From Macrostomum lignano (taxonomy: Eukaryota), in the NCBI GenBank assembly GCA_002269645.1, contig NIVC01002999.1:62608-126607 (forward strand): DNA of 64,000 nt, in the 5' to 3' direction. A program made the translations under genes and the position numbers. This document shows, piece after piece, positions 47,792 through 58,777 of this stretch (position 1 is its first letter; each line of letters opens with the position of its first letter). The notes below the pieces were generated by a model. That model saw nothing but the letters and a program-made list of their open reading frames with translations, did not search any database and had not been told where the DNA came from.

Positions 47792-47814
47792 GGAAGGCTA
47801 GCGGAGTCGAGATA

Positions 47815-48200
47815 GGTTAAGGTTGGGTCAAGGTAGGTCAAGGTGGGTCAAGGTAGGTCAAGGTGGGTCAAGGTAGGTCAAAGTAGGTCAAGGTAGGTCA
47901 AGGTGGGTCAAGGTAGATCAAGGTGTGTCAAGGTGGGTCAAGGTGGGTCAAGATAGATCAAGATGGATCAAGGTGGGTCAAGTGGGTCAAGGTAGATCAA
48001 TGTGGGTTAAGATAGGTCAAGATGGGTCAAGGTAGATCAATGTGGGTCAAGATAGGTCAAGGTGGATCAAGGTGGGTCAAGTGGGTCAAGGTAGATCAAT
48101 GTGGGTCAAGATAGGTCAAGATGGGTCAAGGTAGATCAATGTGGGTCAAGATAGGTCAAGGTGGGTCAAGGTAGGTGAAAATGGGTCAGAATAGGTCAAT
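47815..48200. repeat. 10 bp tandem repeat (AGGT(G/A)GGTCA) just upstream of ABHD17-A
   Basis: Direct inspection. Confidence 0.9.
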
Positions 48201-49329
48201 ATGACTAAAATAGGTCAAGATACGTAAATATGGGTCAAGTTGTGTCAGTGTGAGTCAGAATGGGTCAAAGGCACAGCCGGTGGATTAGTTTAAAATCGAA
48301 TAGAAGACCTCCACGTCCTCAGTTGATGGTGCAGTTGCGCCCGACCTCAACCTAGCCGCTGGGTGTGCGCATGCAAAAACCGAGATGAAATCGATTTAAT
48401 TGCAAAATCTACCTACCATAAATTTTGTACTTTGAAAAGTTAAAATTGACACAGAATTAAAGAAATGATTTACAACTTGTCCAATAAGTAAATTTAACTG
48501 TATCCAAATGATTATTTAAAAGAATATCTATTGAAATATTCAGAAAAAATAGTTTTAAAGTCTAACAGACTGGCGCTCGCTTGACTAATAGTTACGAGAG
48601 TATTGTGTGTGTAACAAGTTAATTGACAACAGATTTTTAAATACAAAACAACAACACTGCTTATTCCCTGCTACGAGTCTATAAATGTCATATAATGGGT
48701 AAAACCAAAAGAAAAATATGAAATGTAGTTCGCATTCCAAGGAATCAATAAGATTGAATGCAGAAACCAGAGAGACATGATGTGTGTGTACAGAGCATAT
48801 TTACAAGGGAATGCCTATTCAATATTAATTCGAGATTTTTTCCAAAATTTGTTTAAAAGAAAGCTCTAAAACAGTAAAAAAACAACTTTTAACGAATACT
48901 CTCAGTACTTTTAGAATAAACATATTTTAATAAAAAACTCTGGACTTTATAACCATCTACAAATTATAATTTTAATATTTAATAATCATAGAAATTTTTC
49001 TTCACAGTAAAATAGTACCAATATAGAAGACGTGTGCGAACTTAAAATTAAAAGTACATAACAACTTTTAACTTAAGTACGCGTATACTTATCAAGTACA
49101 TGTGTACTACTTTAAAACAAAAAGTACACGTCACAGTTCGTTACAAAAGTACACAAGCACAGAAATAATATTGGACACAGATTCAAGTGCAAATAGTACA
49201 ATTATATACAGGAACCAATTCGCCTTGAAAATCTGTACATAATTAGTTAATTAAAATAAATATTACAATACTTGAACAAGACAAATGCTTCAAACAAGTG
49301 AATTGGTAACAGGCAATTCAGTACTTAAA

Positions 49330-51737
49330 TTAAATTAAGCCTCTATGCTCGCAATCCACAGCTACATCACCGTTTCCAATGTCTCCTCGACTGCCGTTGT
49401 CTCCAGTCTGCTTCTGGGCATCCCGCTGCTGTTGCTCCTGCTGCTTCTGCAAATGGTCCAATTCTCTATGTAGAAATAAGCGCAGCCGCTCCAGGTACTG
49501 CGGGAACAGTTCGATATCGTTGTGCCCGGCGCCTTCGATCCACAGCGGCTCAACAGCCGGCTGCGGCAGCCGCTCGTGAAGGGCGAGGCCGTGAGCAAAA
49601 TCAATCACCTCGTCCTCGGTGCCGTGAATGATGAGGCAGGGCGAACGGATTCTGGGCGCCTTCTCGATACTGCGGGCCGATTGTGAAAGTTTTAGTTAGT
49701 ACACGTGCACTTTAAGTTCAAGTACTTTTAGTTCATATGTACTTCTAAATAAAAGTACACGCGCAATTTTTAAGCCAGAATTTGCACATTGATCTACACG
49801 GTGCAAAGTTTTATTGATTATAGCATGTCACTGCCAAGGACAGCGAATTACTGTCTAAATCTAGGACACTATAACTACAAACTTCGCCCGTAACTATGAT
49901 GAACAAAGAAAGACCATACGCTCGTATATAAGATAGCGAAAGCGGCTTCAGTGAGGCGTCTTTGATCTTGCCTTCTAAGCCCAGTTATTAAGCGGAAAGA
50001 GCTGTCTAGCTAGATTATAGGCATAGAGAAGACGGCTAACAAGTATGATGAATTTAAAATGACATGCAGACTTGCAAAGTGCACTACATACGACTGTTTA
50101 AAAAAACTTATATCGGATAGCAGTCTGATCCGTGATAATCCACTATACTAAAAATGCTTTGTCACATTACACAAGCAAGATAAGCCTGAACAAGGGGTGA
50201 GAGAGAACATTAAAAATGCGTTTTAACACTGCAATTTAAGGACACGTACAGACCCTGAAGCCACATCATCTAAAGCCACAGCCCCCGAAACCACATCCCC
50301 TGAAGCCACAGCAACTGAAACCACCCACGGCCCTGAGCCACAGCTCCTGAAGCTACAGCAACTGAAAGCCGCAGCACCTGAATCCACATCCCCTGAAGCC
50401 ACATCCCTGAAGCCACATCCCCTGAAGCCACACACGGCCCTGAGGCACATCCCCTGAAGCCACAGCCCCTGCAGCCACAGCCGCTGAAGCCACAGCCCCC
50501 GAAACCACATCCCTTCAAGCCACAGCCCCTGAACCACATCACTTGAAGCCACATCCCCTGAAGCCGCAGCCCTTGAAAGTCGCAGCACCTGAAGCCACAC
50601 CCCTGAAGCCACACCCCTGAAGCCACAGCAGCTGAAGCCACAGCAGCTGAAGCCACAGCCCCCGAAACCACATCCCTTCAAGCCACATCCCCTATCCCCT
50701 GAAGCCACAGCCTTTGAAAGCCGCAGCACCTGAAGCCACACCCCTGAAGCCACAGCCCCCGCAACCACATTCCTTCAAGCCACATCCCCTGAAGCCACAG
50801 CCCCCGAAACCACATCCCTTCAAGCCACATCCCCTAAAGCCACATTCCCTGAACCACATCCCTTGAAGCCACATCCCCTGAAGCCACAGCCCTTGAAAGC
50901 CGCAGCACCTGAAGCCACACCCCTGAAGCCACAGCAGCTGAAGTCACATCCCCTGAAGCCATAGTCCCCTGAAGCCACAGTCCCCTGAAGCCACAGCAGC
51001 TGAAGCCATATCCCTTCAAGCCACAGCCCCTGAACAACGGCCAGAGCAGCTCACTTGGGAAAGGCATCGAAGAACCATGTCCGGCTGGTGTCCGGAAAAG
51101 CCACCCTCAGTCCGGACAGCAGCGGGCTGTGCAGCACAATTCCTGCAGGGTTGACCCGGGTGGCCAAATCCATAGTTGGCACTGTGCCAATGGACTGGCC
51201 ATAGAGTACAATCTCTCTTGGGGACAGATTGTACCTGCCAATCAACTGTTGCCAGGCGCAGTCAATATCGGCATACAGATTCTTCTCGAGCGGCCGGCCA
51301 GTGCTGGCCCCGTAGCCTGAGTAGTCGTAGCTGAACACGTTCATATTGATCCGTCTAGCCAGGCCAATTAAAAAGCTACTAATCTGACCCAAATCCACGG
51401 CGTTACCGTGAGAGAAGAGCAGGGTGTACTTTGACCTGGCGTGCGCCCCGGCGCTAACCATCATACAAGCTATTGTGCTGCCATTCGCTGTGGTGGCCAG
51501 AAATGCGTCTAGAAATCGGGATTTATCCTCGTTGGAGAATTGGAACTCGGCTCGGTCGCTCAGGTGCAATTGAAAGGCAGGCGAGGCGACCCCGTGACGA
51601 TCTGCTGCCGAGGCAGTTGCGCCAGCGCTGGCCACAAGAGAATAAGTTGGCTCGGGCGGCAGGAAGGCCAATTTAGCGGCAATGCGGGATGGCAAAGGCG
51701 GCCAGCAGAACAGGCAGCAGAGATCCGCGCAAGACAT
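49330..51737 (-). CDS. ABHD17: ABHD17 copy B, 340 aa
   Basis: Exons 51737-51055 and 49669-49330, same phase 2 intron position as copy A; [15 protein letters not shown]-terminus; catalytic motifs intact. Confidence 0.93.
50250..51035. repeat. About 16 bp minisatellite in ABHD17-B intron, related to the copy A array
   Basis: GAAGCCACA(G/T)CCCCT units. Confidence 0.9.
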
Positions 51738-51899
51738 GCTTTGTAGTTAATTCCTCGGCTCTATATCGTATATATAATATTATCTTTTATCCACCTCTTG
51801 CTGCACAACTGAACTGGAATAAAACAGTAAAAATCAGGCCAATTTAAGGTCATGTTTTCTATATGTAGATGGACTGGTGGCGTCGCCACACACACAGCC

Positions 51900-52050
51900 T
51901 CAATTACCCCAGCTAATGCTGGCACCCATTTTACAGCTGGGTGAACTGAGCAAGTGTCTTGCTCAAGGACACAAACTGTACCAGTGGGATTGGGAATTGA
52001 AACTCCAACCTTTAACTGTTGACTCTAATGCCCTAGCCACTAGGCTAGGC
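51900..52050 (+). mobile_element. SINE fragment with CORE/MIR-like central domain
   Basis: CCCATTTTACAG..AACTGAG..AAGTGTCTTGCTCAAGGACACA..GGAATTGAA resembles the CORE consensus as I recall it. Confidence 0.5.
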
Positions 52051-52406
52051 AACAATCCTCTCATTGATACTTACTATCAATATTACAAGCTGATAATAGT
52101 AATCAAATATTATTTGTCTGTCTAAAATTAATTTGAAACTTTTAACTAATAAATTAGAAATAATTAGGATTTACGAGTACTAAAGCTATTTATGCAAAGA
52201 ATTTAGCATACAGTAAGTAATAATTACTATAAAAATCACATTAAAGGCTTAAGCTTTCTTATTAAACACAGAATTTACCAAAAAACTTTAGGTTTTCAAT
52301 TTTTCTAGGTAGTGGATAATTAGATATAATTAGATAAAACTAAGTCCCATATTTGAGTTGCATCATTGGTCACAACTAGGGTTTAAGTGTGTTACTCATG
52401 CTTGGG

Positions 52407-52560
52407 CGCAACCTTGGGATTCACTCGGCTGTTTCTATTGGCAACACACACATGTAAGTCGCTATTGGACGGAATAGTAGTCACATGACTGCTCTCAGCC
52501 AATAGTGACTAACATGTGTGTGTTGCCAATAGAAATGGCCAGGTGATTCCCAAAGTTGCG
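52407..52560. repeat. 154 bp foldback (MITE-like) element, copy 1
   Basis: 62 bp imperfect inverted arms around a 30 bp centre. Confidence 0.88.
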
Positions 52561-53264
52561 TATGTATGGTGTTACTCACTAATTTGAATGGCAGCCAATT
52601 GACATGCAAACCAGACTCTGGAAGGTTACATATATGCCAGAAAACTCCTGTATACAAATGACCCCTTTCAAAGTTAGCATACAAATTTCAGGATACAAAT
52701 CCCTATTGGAATAAATTCTGAAAATTTGTGGATAGATATCAAGGGTCCAAAGGGTGCCAAGGAGTCAGTCTCCAATGTAATGGGCCATGTCAATGGGTCA
52801 CTTTAAAAGTCACTCATACAAGTGGTCACAAATAGCATAGTGCCAACTTTTAACTCCTGCCTGGCAGAAAATGTGCCACACTGCAAGGTCATTTTGAAAA
52901 TATGCCAGACAGTTGTCTGCTTTTTAGCAACTTTTTCCAATAGAAATACAAATTCATGCCATGCATTAAGATTTTAATTTAAATTAACATTTTATAGAAA
53001 AAAGAAAAATATGTAAACACTATACCTATAAAGTCAATGATGAAATTTTTGCTTTTTTTACAATGAACATTAAAAAAATAGACCCTAGTGAAAATTACTG
53101 CTAAAAACTTTAATTATACATTATTATTTTTAGAGGTATAATTTAATATTTGTTGAAAATAAGAACATTTCTTGTAGGTGAGCACAGTTGGCATGTATCA
53201 CTCCTAAGAAAATAGTGTGCATACATATCTGGTATGCACCTTATAGAATCACATCATGCTTGGG

Positions 53265-53418
53265 CGCAACCTTGGGATTCACCCGGCCGTTTCTATTGGC
53301 AACACACGCATGTAAGTCGCTATTGGCTGAGAGCAGTCACGTGACTACTGTTCTGTCCAATAGCAACTTACATGCGTGTGTTGCCAATAGAAACGGCCGA
53401 GTGAATCCCAAAGTTGCG
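53265..53418. repeat. 154 bp foldback (MITE-like) element, copy 2
   Basis: 62 bp arms with 3 mismatches; centre inverted relative to copy 1. Confidence 0.88.
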
Positions 53419-55267
53419 CATGTATGAATCACATGGAAGAGTTAGTGTTAAGTGAAAAAAAGATAGAAAGAGTTTTAAACATAAATTTCAAGCTTTCTAG
53501 TTTTTTTAAGCTTGTAATAAGGCATTTAAATAAATATTTGCATGTATCAACTTTTTGCCATAAATAGTATCAGCAAAAAAGCTAAAATTCAACCAAATTA
53601 TCAGCTAAAAGGGTCCCTTACACAATGCTATAAAGTTTCTTTATTGTTTGAAAATAAAAATGGTCCTTTATTATTGCAACATTGGCATAGATTTGAGAGT
53701 GAGTATGCATTTAAAATGTTTTTGTGAGCATTTGTAAGTATTTAATTTTTGTTTGGACATGCACTTAGCATAATCTAGAATATAGCATTCATTTAGCTAA
53801 GATAGGATTATTGTTTTAGCATATAGTAGACCCTGGCATGCAAACTCTTATATCAGATATTTGTTACATTACTAATATAATTACTTACTTTGTATAATAT
53901 GATATACAATAATTTAAATAAAGATTGATATAAAGAATAAAATAGATCACAAGAAATAAATAATACTTTTGACTATAACTAACTTTTAAATGTATACCCA
54001 AATAAAATTTTAAGAGTTTACAAATACACAGCAAAAAAATTCAGTATATGCCCACACTTTTAAAATCTTCTTGTTTACTATTATCCTTCTTGTCTACTAT
54101 TATATTTACAGTAGAAAATCAATATGCATAAACTTTTGTTGTAATACATTATTAATGAGCTTAAAAGCCAAAAAATTTGAAATTTATGCTAAAATATAAA
54201 CATTTTCAATCTTTTTCCCCTTAACACTAACTCTTCCACATAATTCTATGAAGTGCACACCAGGTGTACACATATACTATTTTTAAGAGTCATGTATACC
54301 AATTGTACACACCTAAATTTAAGTGCACAAGGCCACTGCACATCCAAATTTTTGGGCATTTACTACATGATCCAGAGTATGGATTTGTACTAACAGTAAT
54401 GCACTATAATATATATATATATATATCATTTGCATACAAAAAATGCTTTCTTTAACTCAAGAACTCTTTAGGATTACAAAAAGATTGTATCTCAAAGAAC
54501 AAAAGTTTTTTTTGCAAGGTAGCAAGTATTGGATTCTAATAGGCCTTGGCTTACCTTTTAGTCTATATTCTCCTTGGCTTTGTTGTCATATTCACTTTTA
54601 TCATACATGCCCAACCTCAAAATTTCACCTGTCTGGTGTGACTTAGTTTTGTCCAGATTTGTGACTTAGTTCCTCCTGATTGCAACTTAGCTCTTCCTAA
54701 TTGCAACTTAGTTTCTCCCAATTGCAACTTGGCTCCTCCCAATTGTGAATTAGTTCCCCTGATTATGACTTAATTTTCACTTTGTATGATTTTTCTTGCC
54801 TTTTTTTCTTTTTCTTTTTCTTTCCTTTTTTCTTGTCTTTCTTTTCTTTTTTCTTCCTTTCCTTTCTTTCTTCTTTCAATTTTTTGATTTTTTGCATTTT
54901 CAATTTTGTGACTTACCTTGTCTGGTGGCCATTTCACCCGTCTAGTTTGGATAGGTTGGACAAGTGTTGGGCATGTATGTTTTATCATATAGGGGCCCTA
55001 AGAACAAGATAACAAAGTGACAAGGAGCAAAGTAGTCTTGCAAACCAGACTTTGGAAGGCTACATGCATGCTGGAAAATTCTAGGCCTAGCATTCAAAAC
55101 ACCCCTTTCAAAGTTGGCTTAGGCCCTACAAATTTTGGCATACAATTTCATGCAAATATTTTTGGCATACAAATTATGGCATACAAATTAATGGCATTTT
55201 TGCATACCAATTTTGGTGAATAAATTCATGCTAAGCATAAATATTATAGTGTAAAAAATGTTTTTAT

Positions 55268-55730
55268 AAGGCAGTTGTTATTTGTCCCGTGACCAGATAA
55301 ATAGCCATTTTACTATTTGTCTAGTCAAATTGCTAACTATTAATATTGCTATTTGTTTTGTGATGAATATTCTAGATTTTTAAGACCTTTTCATGTATAC
55401 TGATTAATATTTTGTTGTATACTAGTGTATATATAAGAAAGCAATGTACTCAATTCGACATAATTTGGTGTATAAGACATACACTAGTATAAAAACAATA
55501 ATCAAGATACAAGTAAGAAGTCTTTGAAGTCTAGGAATATTCACCCTTGTAGTTTCTATAAAATAGATATTTTAGCATTATCAATTTAACTAGACAAAAA
55601 TTAAAAAGCCTATTTGTCTGGTATTAACCAGATGAAAGGGAAAGCATGGCCATTATCCAGTAACTGCTACTGGACAAATAACCACATTGCTATTTGTATT
55701 GTCTGTCACTAGACAAATAAAAACTGCCTT
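55268..55730. mobile_element. Probable MITE
   Basis: 26 bp TIRs (23/26 match) AAGGCAGTT..GTGAC; further internal symmetry; TAT on both flanks (weak evidence in AT-rich DNA). Confidence 0.6.
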
Positions 55731-55871
55731 TATATAAAAAAAGAAAAATTTGTATAGTCTAAAAAGTAAGAAACTTTTTGCTTTTTAAAAATTAACATTA
55801 AATAATATTAGTGTCAATTGTTGCTTAGAATGTAAATTTTTCATCATTTTTTCTATAGCCATAGGTGTAAT

Positions 55872-56468
55872 CACGAGTATAAATTTGGCCGTCAACTTTT
55901 ACATCAACTTTTCCATTAACTTTTCCATTAACTATTCCGTCAAGTCATTGTTCATTCCAATAATTTTTTTTGTTAACTCTTCCGTCAACATTTCCGTTTA
56001 CTATTCTGTTAACTTTTTCGCCAAATATCTCATGCTTTAAATTTGTTGAGAGTATACACATGTATGTACATGTATAAATTCTAAAAAAAAAACACACGCA
56101 AAAATTTCCAGTGCGACATGTTCCAGAATTTAATTGGTATTGCTGCACTACCTGCACTACAACATCTGCACTTGTTCATCGATTTATCTTTGTGAAATGA
56201 AGCGCTGGTACTAGAGAAAATGGAAAAAATAATTATGCATGTTGTTACTAATGCAGGCTTGTTTTTTCATTGACATATTTAAGCATGCAAACACAATAAA
56301 TGATCAAAGAGCTACTCGCATGATGATCCTATTTGAGAAAGTCACATATGTTTTTTTTAGAACAATAAATTGTTGACAGAAAATTTGACAGAATACTTGA
56401 CAGAAAAGTTAACGGAAAATTTGGCGGAAAAGTTAACAGAAAAGTTGACGGCCAAAGTTATACTTGTG
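55872..56468. mobile_element. Probable MITE with CAC-ended TIRs and subterminal repeats
   Basis: 29 bp TIRs CAC(G/A)AGTATAA(A/C)TTTGGCCGTCAACTTTT (27/29 match); inverted AACTTTTCC-type subterminal repeats; no clear TSD. Confidence 0.7.
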
Positions 56469-58777
56469 TATAATCTAAGTTTGTTTAATATGAAAATACT
56501 AGTAATATTTTATTTTTAAAGACTTTTTATACAAAAGCCTTTTTAGGAAACTCTACTTGTGAAAAACAAATGACCTTTTTAGGAAGAATTTTTGGCATAG
56601 CCATACATTTTAGGGAATTTTTTTTGGCGTATACTAGTATATATTTAACTAAGATAGGATTCTTGTTTTAGTCTACACTAACACTACTACACAATCTAGA
56701 CCCTGGCTTGCAAATACTTTACTAATGACTGGATAGCCTAACTATAATACTTTGTTTGGTAACATAGCATATAGATATAGTATAGAAATTTGATAAAAAT
56801 TCACACAAACAAAAACAGAAACCTAGAGTCTAGACACTTTCTACTTTTTTGGTTCCAGCTTCTAGTGAGAGAAGTAATTAATAGATAGGCCTAGAAGAAG
56901 CCATCATGTGAGTATTAACTGAATGAAAGTTTATCTTCTGCATCTGCACACGTGCACCAAAGGCCTGGGTTCTCATTGGTTCACAATAAATGCATTATGT
57001 CAATTGTCAGTGCAAAACAAATGTTGCAAGGAATTCTAATGAGCATACTATATTTTTTGATATACCATATAGAGTATAGACTGACAGTATACATATTGAA
57101 CTTCGTGAAAAAGAATATAATGGTAATAAAATTTAATCGAAAACTGCAAAATTATATGAAGGAACTAACTAGGCCTGGACCTGATAAATGCCGTAATTAC
57201 AACTAGGCCTACAAGACTCAAAAGGCTATTATAAATGAAAAACTGAACGCCTTACTTAGATATTATTATCAGGTACTTCTCTGTTTTATAAGCAGTAATA
57301 CAAGTTAGGAAAGGTTTTTTCAGGACAGTCGCCAACTAAAAAATCAGTCAAGCAGCTCTGAATCTGATATTTGCAGAACCAACCTGGCCTCGACGGCGTT
57401 GGTCACTTTTTCTTTCCGTTTCCTATAATTTCTTAGAACATGTTATTTTTAATCTTTTGCTTTAACATTTTAACACAAAAGTCATTTAAAAAACACACTA
57501 TATTACGAAATTTAACCACAACATCAATCGATGAATATAAAATTTTAAGAGGAGTGGATAGGCTAATATCGAAAAATAGGACGCTGTAAAACGGGGTACC
57601 ATCAGTGTCTGGGCGCTTGAACGAAGTAACTTCTAATTACTGCTGAATAATCTAGCTAAGAAAGCTTGTCCTTGGCTACATGTAAGTTTCTAACTGATTT
57701 GTACACACGTTTTACAGGACAGGTGCCATAAAATGCACAACCCATATTCAATAGCTTTAGTTAACTTACTAAGTTACTATGGAAAATCTTGATAGCCATT
57801 CAATTGTTAGACTGTTGCTTTATAGATACATGTACTTAGTTACACAGTAAACTTAAATGACTTAGAATCCGTACTTGGTAGGATTTTGAAAAAAAGGTTT
57901 GAGCCTAGTTGAAATAATACAAACTGAAACAAAGCAACATTATTTAACGTATTATAATATAATTTTTTAGCACCAACTGGTTAAATTTTATTCGTAAAAC
58001 GAGCATTCATGTACAAATACAGCAGTGATATAAGCAAAGGGTGACTACCACCAGTAATATTGTTACCTATTATTATTATTATTAAAAACTAATTTTAAAA
58101 CTTTTGTTATTAAAAACTAGATACTAAGAAGACGGAAGAATAATTAGCCAACAACAGCGCCCTATACCTGATCTGAAGAAGTCAGAATGGATGGCTTAAC
58201 ACAGATAAGGGTATAGTATTCTTATAATGAGCTGGATATGGTGTCTTATAATTACAGTAATAACAGCCGCAAACATACTACTTTATGTTTTAGTACTCTG
58301 AAAATTGTTTTACACTGAGTGCATATAGAGCAACATAACAGATACGCTCGTAATTAATGAATAGAATATTTTATTAACAAATACACACATAAACGCGAGA
58401 ACAATGAACTTACAGTAATTATAATATTAAAACCAAACTAATAAAAATAGAAAGATTTTATTAAAATAAACACATACATTGCGACAACCTTCTTCCAAAA
58501 GTGGACTTTATAAAGGCCACTCGGCATACTGTGTGTGTGAACTACCTTTAGTAGTAGTTTAATCGTATTAGTCTTCTATTAGTCTAAGCATATTTTAAAA
58601 CGTATTTCACAAAAATAGTTCAGCACACACTGAGCATACTACTCAATTAATATAGTAGTTGACTCTACGAGTTACTATAAGCTGTATAGCAACTTCTGCG
58701 TATTATAAACCAGTCACTTTGACTTAAGCAGCGCTAGCCTGTGTTAAAAAGAGTAGAATCAACAGTTCCAACCAGAA

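Noticed and set aside
54770-55012. Lys/Glu-rich and Phe-rich ORFs
   Set aside because: Low-complexity T-rich tract
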